Virus record (IMG/VR): IMGVR_UViG_3300025121_000020
Length of the DNA stretch: 64,000 bases
Direction: 5' to 3' (one strand)
Source: an uncultured virus (IMG/VR IMGVR_UViG_3300025121_000020)
Taxonomy: Duplodnaviria; Heunggongvirae; Uroviricota; Caudoviricetes
The position numbers were made by a program, and so were the translations under genes. How positions within the stretch are numbered: position 1 is the first letter of the stretch; each line of letters begins with the position of its first letter. The notes beneath the pieces are model-generated. The model was not told where the DNA came from. It saw only the letters and a program-made list of their open reading frames with translations, and did no database searches. Below, piece after piece: positions 37,457 to 47,565 of this stretch.

Positions 37457-39487
37457 TTACTCCTCGAGCTCAAAATAATGATGACGCGCATCGTACGCTG
37501 CGGTATACCCGCGCCGTTGCATCTCTTGTTTCAACTCCTCAGAGTGCCCACCTTGCGCAAATTGCGATACTGCACGCGGCGTAAAAATGAGCGTCTTTCC
37601 TTCCTCTTTCCACGTACCCCCTCCCCCTTTACTCTCCCCTGCAAATGTCTTCATAACACTTCGAGGAACAGCCTTAATTTTTGTCACAGTATCTTTGTCT
37701 TTCAATGGGTCTACAATGACCTGAAACGGGGCCACCTGCCCCGGTCGTTTCCGCATATTCATATACTGCTCAAACCTGGCTCGAGCTTTCTCAATAGGAT
37801 CTGTCCCCTCGTTCATACCTGGAAACTTCTCTTCATTCTCTCCTTCGCAGACCTTCCACCCATACCCACCTAGTTGCCGTGCCCAGTATACCTTGAGTTT
37901 GTACTCTTTTTTCAAATCTGGATCCAGAAACTTTCCCACAGTCCGCTCTTTGTGCCCATCCAGGTGCTCTCTGATCGTACCGGTCCTCCCCTTGCTCAAC
38001 GCTTCTCTCACCCTATCCGCCGTCGCTTTACCCCCCGGCCCCACCCTCTTCTCAAACTTCTCGGCTGCCTCGAGAATACCGGGTGCATTCCTGATCTGTT
38101 CTTCCGGTACCTGTTCCCCACGCGCCAACGCCTTCACCACTTCGTACGGATACTTGTCGCGGTCCGCGTCCGTCGGCCTGTCCATGAGCCAGATCGGGTA
38201 TCCGTTCTTCCCGGATATCGGGTACGTGTAGGATCCGTCTATCCCCTCCCCCTCTGTCGCGCGGTGCAACTCTTCCGTAAGGCTATCTTTTCTCTTCGCC
38301 AGGTTCCCGGCTTGCGCCTCCCTGGTCGTCGCTCGAGCTCGGGTCAAGTGCGTGTACTCTCCCCCCAAGCGCTGCCCGGACATATTCGCTCGATCGAGTT
38401 TTTGGTTGACGGCGTCTATCTCCTTCTTGATCGTCTCTACGCTCCGCGGCGGCGCCTTACTCGCCTCGAGGTACATGCCCCGCTTCCAGCCCTCCTTACC
38501 CAGACGATCCGCCTCTGCGACCGCCTCATCCCACCTGGTATTCTCTTCCGGAGTATTGCCGCGACCGTGCGCGAAGAGATTCTTGTTCTCATGATGACGC
38601 GCTAATAACTCCACGTCAGACAGGTCCTCCACGCGCGTCTGGCGCGTCTTATGCTTCACCAGGGCTTCGTGGATCTCCCTGTCCCCCACCTCTGGCAAGG
38701 CTGCATATTTGCTCTTCTTGCGCCAGAACGCGTCTCCCGCCACAGTCGTCTTCTCCCACTCCCCCACCTTGGTTCCATCTGGTAGCTCCGCGAGCGAGAG
38801 TATCAACTTGTTTCTCCGCGCCTGAGACGCGTCCCCTACGCGGGCTAGTGTCGTCGCGATAGATTCAGACTTTGCCGGGTCAGGATTCTCCGCGTGCGTC
38901 CCAACCCCCGCAGGCTGGTACTCCACCTTACCCCAATCCACCCGCACCGCCGTCATCTTGTCGGTGACGTCTTTGCCGAGCGCCCCCAGGGGCAACCCGT
39001 GCTCTCGAGCGAACCCCTCCCGCTGCCAGTAGGGAGTTTGCCGAGCAGCGGCATCGATGCTTGCGTGAGACGCGTGTACCTGACCGGGGGGCTCGAGCTT
39101 CTCTGCTCGACTATCCGCAATCTTCTTCGCGATACCTTTGCTCCCTTCCGCGATCTTCTTCGCCAACTCCCGATGCTTCTCAAGATTGGGACCTTCGAGT
39201 GTGAAGGTTTTCTTCTTCAGATCTGCAAGATTCTCCGCATCCGCTTTCTTCTCTGCCGAAGAGAGTACCCGCGGCTTACCCCCCTCGTAGGTTACGTGCC
39301 TTGCTGGGTCCCAATCCGGATGCACGCGATACTCGAGACGATCGGCGCCCACCTTCACGTGCTTGATTGGCACGCGGGAGCGATGCTCCGCATCTGGAGA
39401 GGACGCACTCGACGGCAGTGTGACCCAACCGTCAATACTCGCGTCTGGGATGAGACCCTTGAATGCTGCGCTAGATAACAGAATCAC
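37457..39487 (-). CDS. Type-A leader protein, payload unrecognised
   Basis: AFKG-LIPDASIDGWVTLPS leader; first ~190 aa closely match 39484..42993. Confidence 0.85.
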   Translation of the reverse strand: MILLSSAAFKGLIPDASIDGWVTLPSSASSPDAEHRSRVPIKHVKVGADRLEYRVHPDWDPARHVTYEGGKPRVLSSAEKKADAENLADLKKKTFTLEGPNLEKHRELAKKIAEGSKGIAKKIADSRAEKLEPPGQVHASHASIDAAARQTPYWQREGFAREHGLPLGALGKDVTDKMTAVRVDWGKVEYQPAGVGTHAENPDPAKSESIATTLARVGDASQARRNKLILSLAELPDGTKVGEWEKTTVAGDAFWRKKSKYAALPEVGDREIHEALVKHKTRQTRVEDLSDVELLARHHENKNLFAHGRGNTPEENTRWDEAVAEADRLGKEGWKRGMYLEASKAPPRSVETIKKEIDAVNQKLDRANMSGQRLGGEYTHLTRARATTREAQAGNLAKRKDSLTEELHRATEGEGIDGSYTYPISGKNGYPIWLMDRPTDADRDKYPYEVVKALARGEQVPEEQIRNAPGILEAAEKFEKRVGPGGKATADRVREALSKGRTGTIREHLDGHKERTVGKFLDPDLKKEYKLKVYWARQLGGYGWKVCEGENEEKFPGMNEGTDPIEKARARFEQYMNMRKRPGQVAPFQVIVDPLKDKDTVTKIKAVPRSVMKTFAGESKGGGGTWKEEGKTLIFTPRAVSQFAQGGHSEELKQEMQRRGYTAAYDARHHYFELEE

Positions 39488-42400
39488 TCCCCACCTCCGA
39501 CCGAAACCACATTGAAAACTCTCTTCCAGACGCCCTTCTGGAGTTCCTTAGTGCGCGCCAGACTTTCCACCAACCTGTCGATGGCCCCGTTGATGACCTT
39601 CCGCTCCGCACCCTGCGGATAAGGTTCCAACCCGTGCGCAGTACCACCGTCTCTCGTCTTCCGCGTGACGTTGTACAACCGCTGCGTGTCCACCACGAGG
39701 TAAGTATTCTTGCGCTTCGCAGCTTCGAGCTTATCCTCCGCCCAGGACTCGAACGCGCGTGCGAACATCTCGTGAGGCCTTACCCAATAGTCCCCCAAGA
39801 GTTCCGCATGCGTCGCGAATTTACTCGAGCCGCGGTGCTTCGTCTGTTGCTTTCTGGCCTCCTTGTACCGATCAGAGGCTTCCTGCCACTCCTTGCGTCG
39901 TGCAGCATGCTCTTCCGTTCCGCGGGGAGCCATTGCGTCCAGTTTTTGCGCATGCTCTACCTCAGAGTACGCCTGATTCGTGCGATTCTGCAACTCTTCC
40001 CGCAATTCCGCAGACGGCGTCTTTATCACGCGCATGACGTCTGCGAATGCCCTCTGGACATCGGGATGCACCTGTGCCGCAGTCTCCCCATGGGACGCGG
40101 CGGCCATGCGCCTCCACATCCCCTCAACCGCGAACGTCCCGCCAGACATCACGTGGTCCATGAAGTGCGCCCACTCGTGAGCCAGGGAACCCCCGCCTCG
40201 AGTGTGTGTCAGGTTGATAACGGCACGGTCTGGCTCGTAGTGCGCGCTCGCCCGCCCGCTCCCCCTAGCGCCAAACGCGATGGCGAGCTTCTTGCCGTGG
40301 GCGATCTGCGAAGGTTCGATTCCTACGAGGTCCGCGAGATCCGCCAGTGCTCCGTACGCGTGCTTCACGTGTGCAGCAGCATCTGCGTCATTCACCCAGT
40401 TACCGTACTCGATGCCCCGAAACCCAAAATAGTCAAACAACATATCACCAGCCACGGCGTCCCCCACCTCCGACGCCGCAACACTCACAGCTTCTGGGAT
40501 CTTCGGGCCACCTACGCGTTCAGGTATTCCCTCGCGTCTGGTCAGGACGAAAGGAGATTCCCTTTCTCCCCTCTCCTTCTTCTCGCGTTCTCCCCCTTCC
40601 CACTCCGGGTATGTCTTCTGCCAGTAGGCTTCATTCTTTTCCTTATCCGGGCTCCTCTCGTAATACCCCGCTCGAGACACCTCTTTACCAAACGCCGTAC
40701 CGTACCCACGCTCGACTACCCCCTCAAAAAAGCGTTTTCCCAGCACTGCGCTCTCAAGGCGCGGTCTATTCCGCTCAAGGGGATCTGCTACATCTTGACG
40801 AAGAACATCTTTACCGTTACGACTCCCAAGACGAAGACCTGCCGGCTCTAAGGAATGGTACCCCACGTGATATTCTTTCCCGTTCACGTGTATAAACCGC
40901 GCCCCACTGCCCCAGCTCGCCGGAAATCTCTTCTCTAGATCCGCAGCCATGGAATGCGTTATTTCAGTCTCACTCTGCCACTTCCCGCCATGCTCCTCGT
41001 CCCACTCTTGCAGAAAATCGTGAACATCTTTGACCGTCCGACACGTGTCCAGACCCTTCTTCAACTTGTCGATGCCGGAGACGTACAGTGCCCGCGCCTG
41101 CGGAGAATCCGCGGTCATCGTGACACCGGGGAAGGCGTCTTTCCAGGCTTTGACAAGTTCCCTGTCCGACCCTGACTTCAGAGACGGGATATTGGGCTTA
41201 CTCCCTACTGAGGCGAAGACCTGCCTCTTCAGCCACGACGCGGCGGGAGTGTCCCCGAAGTCCTTGTCTCGCTGGGGGTCGTGCTTGCCGAGGACCTTCT
41301 CCTTGGTGACGGTACTGAATGCCACTCCGGAGCCCGCCCGCTCTATCTCGTCGAGGTTACCCGCATGAACGTCAGCCCACTTGTCTTTGCGCGCGCCGCC
41401 GATCTTCTCGCCCACGTCTTGATAGAGGCGACGACCCGAGCGCTCGTCCGTGTCGACATCTTTAGGTGCGATTCGCCCCGCCCGCTGCTCCTCCACCCAC
41501 GCCTCCGCCTCTGCCATCGATTTGAACGATGGGGTATTGGGCAACTCAGGTTCTTTCGCCGCATTCTCCACGGAGATGCGCTTTGCTTCGACCAGGTGTC
41601 GCGCTTTTGCCAAACCCTCCGCTCCCTCAAGCTTTGCCAGCGTGTCGTCACTGCTATCGAGGAACTCCTGCGCTTCCTTTATCTGCTTCTTCAGCTTATC
41701 CGCCGTCATCTTTTCCGGAGTATTCGCAGGGTACCCACGCTTCGTGACGCCCTTCTTTTCCAGAGCGGCGTACTCGACCCGATCCTTCTCGAGCTGCTCA
41801 CTGATAACAGGTACCACCTTCTTGTGCGCGTCAATCAGCTTCTTGTGCTCGGCTTCGACATCGGGATCTTCCCTCCACGGCCCAGCTTTCACGCCTACTT
41901 GCCCCCGGTTGAACTTGTCCCAGGGCACGCGGACTTTTTCTCCGGTCCGGTGTGACATCACATCTACCCCGTCTGCGTCGGCCCCCGTCACGACACCTTC
42001 GGACCTCCCCTCCCCGTCACCATGATCGGCGAACTCCACGCTCATACCATCAGAGTAGCCATGATCTTTTTTCAGCTTAGCGAGACGATCCGGCTTGGGT
42101 CTCTCTTGTTTGGCTCGAGCCGCTTCTTCGACCTTTGCTTTTTCTAGCGCCAGAGCGCGGTGTTCGCGCCAACCGTCTGCGTCACCGGCATCCTCACGGC
42201 GATCGGCTTCGGCGTAGTGATCGGCGGAAGACCAGGTGCTGGTATCAGGTTCTACCTTCGGCTCTACCTTCGGCTCTACCTTCGGCTCTACCTTCGGCTC
42301 CACCTTCGGCTCTACCTTCGGCTCTACCTTCGGCTCTACCTTCGGCTCTACCTTCGGCTCTACCTTCGGCTCTACCTTCGGCTCTACCTTCGGCTCTACC

Positions 42401-42993
42401 TTCGGCTCTACCTTCGGCTCCACCGCTTCCTTCCCTCCCACCTTCCCCCAATCCACCCACACCGCCGTCATCTTATCCGTCGCCACCTTCCCCATCGCCT
42501 CCACGGGCAGTCCGTGCTTCTTGGCAAACTCCGCCCGCTTCCAGTAGGGGGTCTCTCTCGCCTCCTTGTCCACGCTTGCGTGGTCATCCCCCGGCTCGAG
42601 CTTCTTTACCCTCGCCTCCGCTATCTCCTTCGCCACCTTTCCCGTGCTCCCCTCTGCGATCTTCCGTGCCAGCTCCCGGTGCTTCTCCAGATCCGCGCCC
42701 TCGAGCGTGAACGTTTTCTTCTTCAGGTCGGCCAGGCTCTCTGCGTCCGCCCTCTTCTCCGCCGCAGATAAGACGCGCGGCTTGCCGTCTTCGTAAGCCA
42801 CGTGACGAGCGGGATCCCAGTCCGGATGAACGCGGTACTCTAACTTGCCCGCACCGACACTCACATGCTTGATCGGGACTCTGGACCGGTGTTCTGCGTT
42901 CGGCGCCGATCCACCCGACGGCAGAGTAATCCAACCGTCGATATTTGAGTCCGGAATGTAGCCTTTGAGTGCTTCGAGGGATAGGACTAGCAT
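39484..42993 (-). CDS. Type-A leader protein with LPD5-like motif, HExxH and LPD1-like domain
   Basis: DVGEKIGGARKD; FRGIEYGNWV, AFGARG.G.A.AHYEP..INLT...G.GSLAHEWAH; YW..PHEMFARAFE...YP.G.ER. Confidence 0.88.
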   Translation of the reverse strand: MLVLSLEALKGYIPDSNIDGWITLPSGGSAPNAEHRSRVPIKHVSVGAGKLEYRVHPDWDPARHVAYEDGKPRVLSAAEKRADAESLADLKKKTFTLEGADLEKHRELARKIAEGSTGKVAKEIAEARVKKLEPGDDHASVDKEARETPYWKRAEFAKKHGLPVEAMGKVATDKMTAVWVDWGKVGGKEAVEPKVEPKVEPKVEPKVEPKVEPKVEPKVEPKVEPKVEPKVEPKVEPKVEPKVEPKVEPDTSTWSSADHYAEADRREDAGDADGWREHRALALEKAKVEEAARAKQERPKPDRLAKLKKDHGYSDGMSVEFADHGDGEGRSEGVVTGADADGVDVMSHRTGEKVRVPWDKFNRGQVGVKAGPWREDPDVEAEHKKLIDAHKKVVPVISEQLEKDRVEYAALEKKGVTKRGYPANTPEKMTADKLKKQIKEAQEFLDSSDDTLAKLEGAEGLAKARHLVEAKRISVENAAKEPELPNTPSFKSMAEAEAWVEEQRAGRIAPKDVDTDERSGRRLYQDVGEKIGGARKDKWADVHAGNLDEIERAGSGVAFSTVTKEKVLGKHDPQRDKDFGDTPAASWLKRQVFASVGSKPNIPSLKSGSDRELVKAWKDAFPGVTMTADSPQARALYVSGIDKLKKGLDTCRTVKDVHDFLQEWDEEHGGKWQSETEITHSMAADLEKRFPASWGSGARFIHVNGKEYHVGYHSLEPAGLRLGSRNGKDVLRQDVADPLERNRPRLESAVLGKRFFEGVVERGYGTAFGKEVSRAGYYERSPDKEKNEAYWQKTYPEWEGGEREKKERGERESPFVLTRREGIPERVGGPKIPEAVSVAASEVGDAVAGDMLFDYFGFRGIEYGNWVNDADAAAHVKHAYGALADLADLVGIEPSQIAHGKKLAIAFGARGSGRASAHYEPDRAVINLTHTRGGGSLAHEWAHFMDHVMSGGTFAVEGMWRRMAAASHGETAAQVHPDVQRAFADVMRVIKTPSAELREELQNRTNQAYSEVEHAQKLDAMAPRGTEEHAARRKEWQEASDRYKEARKQQTKHRGSSKFATHAELLGDYWVRPHEMFARAFESWAEDKLEAAKRKNTYLVVDTQRLYNVTRKTRDGGTAHGLEPYPQGAERKVINGAIDRLVESLARTKELQKGVWKRVFNVVSVGGGE
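42251..42424. repeat. 12-nt in-frame tandem repeat x~14.5 encoding VEPK
   Basis: TCTACCTTCGGC units, with occasional TCCACC variant. Confidence 0.97.
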
Positions 42994-43178
42994 TTAGGGT
43001 ACCTCGCTGGAAAGAAAAGTAGTTGGTGCGATTGTACCTTAGAACGGATGGGTTTGTCTAGCGTGCCAACGGGTGGGATGACCAGTATCTTGAAAAGGTG
43101 GGCAGTGGCCGAGCTAACTATGCCGGAGCGCGACATGCTTTATACGGCTTACCCACCAGAGATACATAACTAACAAAA

Positions 43179-43537
43179 TGGTGGAGGCGTCGGGAGTTGA
43201 ACCCGAGTCTGAGATAACTCACATGAAAACTCTACGCGCGTAGCCCCTTACTCTGTCTCGGCTCGAGCGGCCAGCAGGGGCACTGCCCGTCTCAGCCACC
43301 CTGATATTTATCTCACCCGCCGGTCGTCATCAGGTGGACTACTTGCGGGCCAGGCTGATTGATTACGCCCGCCAGACCCCCCAGCCGGAGAGGTCTGACA
43401 AACGGCTTTACGCGGCCATCCTGGCCGGTTCAGCGTAGTGCGCGTTGTTGTTCGCGTCTATTGGTCGGCCCGTAGGTGGAGCCATACCTGCGCGCATTCC
43501 CACGATACTATTACCCCATCGAAACCACGTCGCCCCC
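43179..43537 (-). ncRNA. ssrA: tmRNA (one-piece, 359 nt), tag ANNNAHYAEPARMAA*
   Basis: 5' GGGGGCG pairs with 3' CGCCTCC-ACCA including the G3:U alanine determinant; T-arm GGTTCAACTCC; tag frame 43455..43408 follows UAGAC and ends in AA. Confidence 0.95.
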
Positions 43538-43629
43538 GAAGTGTTAAAATTGTGGCCCCGGCTACTACCAGAGCCTGCAATCCGGATTTCTACCGGCCCC
43601 CGGATGGGGATTCGTGCGAACGAAAGCAT

Positions 43630-44007
43630 TTAGAAGAACCGTGAGAAGCCCTTCATTACGTCTGCTACGCTCTCCAGCAGCTTCCGCCCCTGTTCCACGC
43701 GTTTCTCTGCTTGTAGACGCTTGGTATTCTCCCGCTTGGCGCGTGCTTCGGGAGAGTGGTACTTTGCGCGGGACTTGGCATTGCTTGTGCCCCGGAGCTG
43801 CTTTTCCAACATCTTCTTCTCTGCTTCCCGACTACACTCCTCAGAGCGTTGACGCTCCGACTCGTTGCTACACCCGAGGCACGGAAGGGCGTCTCCCGCA
43901 TTCCACTGCGTCATCGGAGTGAAACAGTCCTCACACGTCCACTCGTCACATTCCGGACAAGTGTACTCCGCCCCTTCCTTCTCACAATAGTGGCATACGT
44001 GCGTCAT
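43630..44007 (-). CDS. Cys-rich Zn-finger protein
   Basis: Four CxxC pairs; GGAGG SD; downstream of promoter 44036..44064. Confidence 0.7.
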   Translation of the reverse strand: MTHVCHYCEKEGAEYTCPECDEWTCEDCFTPMTQWNAGDALPCLGCSNESERQRSEECSREAEKKMLEKQLRGTSNAKSRAKYHSPEARAKRENTKRLQAEKRVEQGRKLLESVADVMKGFSRFF

Positions 44008-44035
44008 CGTCTACTTCCTCCCTGTTCAAAGGAAG

Positions 44036-44064
44036 ACATTACATCAAAGTAGCACAAATGTCAA
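44036..44064 (-). promoter_or_regulatory. Sigma70-like promoter upstream of Zn-finger gene and tmRNA
   Basis: TTGACA-N17-TAATGT preceded by CTTAAAAA. Confidence 0.6.
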
Positions 44065-44088
44065 CAACTCTTTTTAAGAAAGTGTACC

Positions 44089-47000
44089 CTACCGCGCCAA
44101 CGCTTTGACCCTATCCGATACCGGCCTCCCCCTCCTCTCCAGATACTTATCCGGATGCTCAACGCTGCTACCACGCTTCATATCCTCCCGCGCGTCGTTC
44201 CACGCCTCGAGGTCAGCTCTGGGAATGTCCTTCACCGGTACGCGCGTATCTGCCAACGCTTCCAGCGTCGCAGCTCGCACCCTCGCACCCGCGAGTGTAT
44301 CCGCCCCCACCCCCACATCCGGTAGCTCGTACTTCTTCTTTCCCTGCCTGGTGACTCGCTCTTGGATCCGCAGGTACTCCGGGTTCCTTTCCGCGTTCTC
44401 GTGCACCCACATTCCCCGCTTCGTCTCCGCCTTCACTTTCTCGTCCGGCACCCCAACCAGGTCACGCAATGCTCCCCCCGTTCCGAACTCTCCCACCTTC
44501 TCCAGAGCATCCGCCGCCCGCTCCCGGTCCGTCACGCGCTTCTCAGGCTGTGCCCCCTTGCGCACCAACTGGTGCGGCTTGCTCTTCATCGGCGACACCG
44601 CCCCCACGATCTGCTCTCCCTTCCAGATGACCGCCGGTCCGTCCATCCCCTGCGACGTCACGCGGTCCCCGTGCTGCATGACGCTCATGAACTGGTGCGC
44701 GGGAAACCGTGCCTGCGTACCAGCCTCAGTCTCGACGTGAACCACGGGTCCGGATTCCGAGTCAGCGCGCACCCCCATCACCTTCGACGGTTTCGAGGTC
44801 TCCGCGGCTTTCCGGATGTACTCCCCTATGCGCTGGTCACTGAACTGCGAATCCGCCGGACCGCGCCCCTTCGGCGCGTGCTTCACGAGCCGGATGTTCC
44901 GCCCGTCCGACCACCACTCCGCGTTGTTGGGGTGCGTGATCGTGTCGCCGACGCCGTGCCCCGCGTCGTGGTTGAATGTGTGCGGGGGGACGAGCTGCCG
45001 TGCGTTCTCGTTCTGGCGATCCTGAAGGGCCTTGCCAGAGGTGGGGGCGGTGGCCTTCTTGGCGGACTCGAGATCATGAAGACGATCCTTCGCCAGCACC
45101 TGCTGCTTGCCAACGTGGTACGCCGCGTGCCGGTGCATCGCCTCCCTCTCTTCGGGACGAACGGTCCACCTGTGCTCCCTGAGTGCCGTGGCTACGATCG
45201 CGTCAGGAGAGCGCGCCTTCCCCGCATCCCGCTTCTGCTGCCGAGCTATACGAAGATGCGTGTCGAGATTAAAGGGAGAGAGCTCACTCACACTCTCCTC
45301 TGAGAATGGTCCGTGCTCCTTTTGCGCCAGCTCCTCTATCTTCTTTCGGATCCCTTCCGGGATGCTGCCGGGTGCTGCCTCTACAGGCGCGTCCGATACA
45401 GGAGCGGGCTTCCGCAGTGCATCTTCCTGCTTGAGCCTGTTCTTCTCCCGCGCCTCCACGTCCAGGCGCTTCGCCGTCGCGCGGTCCGAATCTGAGGGAA
45501 CGCCGTTCTCTTCAGTCGCCTTCCTGTACATCGTCAGCACGTGACGCATCGCGTCATCCGCTTCACTTTCTCCCACTGCGGCGCCCGGTCCCGCCGTAGG
45601 GCTGGTGTGGTACAGCGGCGTCTTTTTGAACGCCTTCATCCACGCCTTGCTGCGCTCCTCTTGCTTCGAGTTGAACCCCCTTATCCAGTCCTTGAGCTTG
45701 CTCCCCTCCTCTCGCGCCACAGTCTCGGGATCTTCTCCAGTACCTATCCTCCCCGCTGCGATCTGCATCCTCCAATAGTGTTCTTGATCCCACACGTCGT
45801 ACGCGCTGCTGGCCGCGCGATGCGTCGACACGTCCCCCTGCTTCCCCCACTGACGAGCGTACTCGTACATCTTCTCCAGGGCAGGGTGATGTCGGTTCGC
45901 GCGCTCCACGAATACTTGATGCTGCCCCTTGGCGCGCTCGTAGTCCCTGTCGAGAGACTCCCTGTATGCTGCGCGCTTCTCCTTCACGACTTGCCCACCC
46001 GGAGACGTAGTAGCCCCGGGAAACGCTTTCTCTGCGGCGCGGAGATCGGACTCGAGCTCCGCCGTTCTTGAAGACTTGAAGGGATGAACCATGTGCGAGG
46101 CAACGCCGTCCCCCGTCACGTGCTGGTTCAAGAAAGACTGCAGGGTGAGCTTGGCCGGGTCCGACAGCCCAAGCCTGCGCATCTGCGCAGCGTACTTCTC
46201 AGGATCGAGATCTCCCCCGTCTTCGTATTCAGCATCGGTATAAGTAGCGTGCTGTCGGAGCTTCGACGCGTCCTGCTGGAGGGACTCCACGTCTCGTGAT
46301 ACCTCGGAAGAGGGGCGCTCCTTACGCAGCATCCCCACCGCGTGCGCGTGCACCTTCGCCAGATCCAGCGTGTTAAACGAGTGCCTCGAAGCCCACCCGC
46401 CCACGTCCCCGTATACCCCCCTGAACGCGTCGCGCTCCGCATCCCCGCGCGCCGCCGCCTCGGCCACCAACTCCTTCGCCTCCTCCGTGTTCCCCATCGC
46501 GCGTATCTTCTGGCGAAAGGGGTGACCGGTGTCGAGGTAAGCGTCAGTGAGCACGTCTCTAAACTCTTCCGGCGTCATGTTTGCCACGTGCTTCGCGTAC
46601 TCTTGCACGGTAGCGGGATCCGCAGTGGGCAGCCCGTGCTCGAGCGCCAGCTCCAGATGTCCGCGCATCACTTCGGGAGGTACCGGATCGCCACGCTCGA
46701 TCGCCTTCTTGACGTGCGATTCGTGCCTGCCTGCCAACGCGAGAAGTTCAGGTGTCGCTACCTGGAACTTCCAAGGCTCCTTCTTGTCCGCAGTCTGCGA
46801 TAAGGTGAAGGAGTGGTCGACGTCCCCAGACAGGGACTTGAAGCGCATCGTCACTGTGTGGCCAGAAGGGGAAACCTTCTCGACTTCGTACACCCCGCCG
46901 GGTGCGATGTCTTTGCCACTCTGCGAAGAAACGACCTTCATCCCGGGCTTCAACTCCGACCGATCGACGGTCTGGAGAGCCCCGATAGCATTCTTGACGT

Positions 47001-47562
47001 GGGCGCTGAATTGCTGCTCTGTCATCTGGTGGGGAGGTTTCCGAGAGTCCTGGATCTCCCGCATCTTCTCGAGGCCTCCTTTCTTCGGATAGAGCACACC
47101 ATCTTCATCCAAACGACGCACCAGTGCCTTGTACCTCTTCATATCCAGGTCTGGAGTGGTTTGCTTGAACTCTATGAGCTTCTGCATCCGATGCGTCCAC
47201 GCGTTCGGATCCTTTGCGTCATAATACGTCGCGAGTGCGCGCTCGAACACGATGCCGTCCAAAGGTATCTTCAACTCTTCGGAAATCGCTCGCAACTTTT
47301 CTTCCGAAGCAGGAGCCAGGTCTCGTCTGGAAGGCTCGCTCACTTGTGTCCCCAGCTTCCCCTCCCACGCAGCCTTCTTCTCCGGATCCCTCGTCCCCGC
47401 GTGGATCTTCTCCATCACATGTTTCGGCGGGTCTCCCCTCGGCACGCCCTTCCCGTCCTCTATGTGACCGATCTTCCCGTCCACGATCGGGATGTGCTTG
47501 ACGGTCTCCCCCTCTCCTACACTCACCCAACGGTCTACGTTCTCTAGTTTCGAGTCTGGCAT
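44089..47562 (-). CDS. 1157-aa type-B leader protein
   Basis: DRWVSVGEGETVKHIPIVDGKIG...VMEKIHAGTRD..KK..W; PHQMT and H..HV..AI.RG.PVP module. Confidence 0.85.
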   Translation of the reverse strand: MPDSKLENVDRWVSVGEGETVKHIPIVDGKIGHIEDGKGVPRGDPPKHVMEKIHAGTRDPEKKAAWEGKLGTQVSEPSRRDLAPASEEKLRAISEELKIPLDGIVFERALATYYDAKDPNAWTHRMQKLIEFKQTTPDLDMKRYKALVRRLDEDGVLYPKKGGLEKMREIQDSRKPPHQMTEQQFSAHVKNAIGALQTVDRSELKPGMKVVSSQSGKDIAPGGVYEVEKVSPSGHTVTMRFKSLSGDVDHSFTLSQTADKKEPWKFQVATPELLALAGRHESHVKKAIERGDPVPPEVMRGHLELALEHGLPTADPATVQEYAKHVANMTPEEFRDVLTDAYLDTGHPFRQKIRAMGNTEEAKELVAEAAARGDAERDAFRGVYGDVGGWASRHSFNTLDLAKVHAHAVGMLRKERPSSEVSRDVESLQQDASKLRQHATYTDAEYEDGGDLDPEKYAAQMRRLGLSDPAKLTLQSFLNQHVTGDGVASHMVHPFKSSRTAELESDLRAAEKAFPGATTSPGGQVVKEKRAAYRESLDRDYERAKGQHQVFVERANRHHPALEKMYEYARQWGKQGDVSTHRAASSAYDVWDQEHYWRMQIAAGRIGTGEDPETVAREEGSKLKDWIRGFNSKQEERSKAWMKAFKKTPLYHTSPTAGPGAAVGESEADDAMRHVLTMYRKATEENGVPSDSDRATAKRLDVEAREKNRLKQEDALRKPAPVSDAPVEAAPGSIPEGIRKKIEELAQKEHGPFSEESVSELSPFNLDTHLRIARQQKRDAGKARSPDAIVATALREHRWTVRPEEREAMHRHAAYHVGKQQVLAKDRLHDLESAKKATAPTSGKALQDRQNENARQLVPPHTFNHDAGHGVGDTITHPNNAEWWSDGRNIRLVKHAPKGRGPADSQFSDQRIGEYIRKAAETSKPSKVMGVRADSESGPVVHVETEAGTQARFPAHQFMSVMQHGDRVTSQGMDGPAVIWKGEQIVGAVSPMKSKPHQLVRKGAQPEKRVTDRERAADALEKVGEFGTGGALRDLVGVPDEKVKAETKRGMWVHENAERNPEYLRIQERVTRQGKKKYELPDVGVGADTLAGARVRAATLEALADTRVPVKDIPRADLEAWNDAREDMKRGSSVEHPDKYLERRGRPVSDRVKALAR

Positions 47563-47565
47563 TGG

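Noticed and set aside
43179..43210. tRNA gene or prophage att site
   Set aside because: It is the 3' end of a full tmRNA; no integrase or duplicated copy seen in the window.
43408..43629. 73-aa ORF as a protein-coding gene
   Set aside because: It overlaps the tmRNA; only the last 15 codons are the tag frame.
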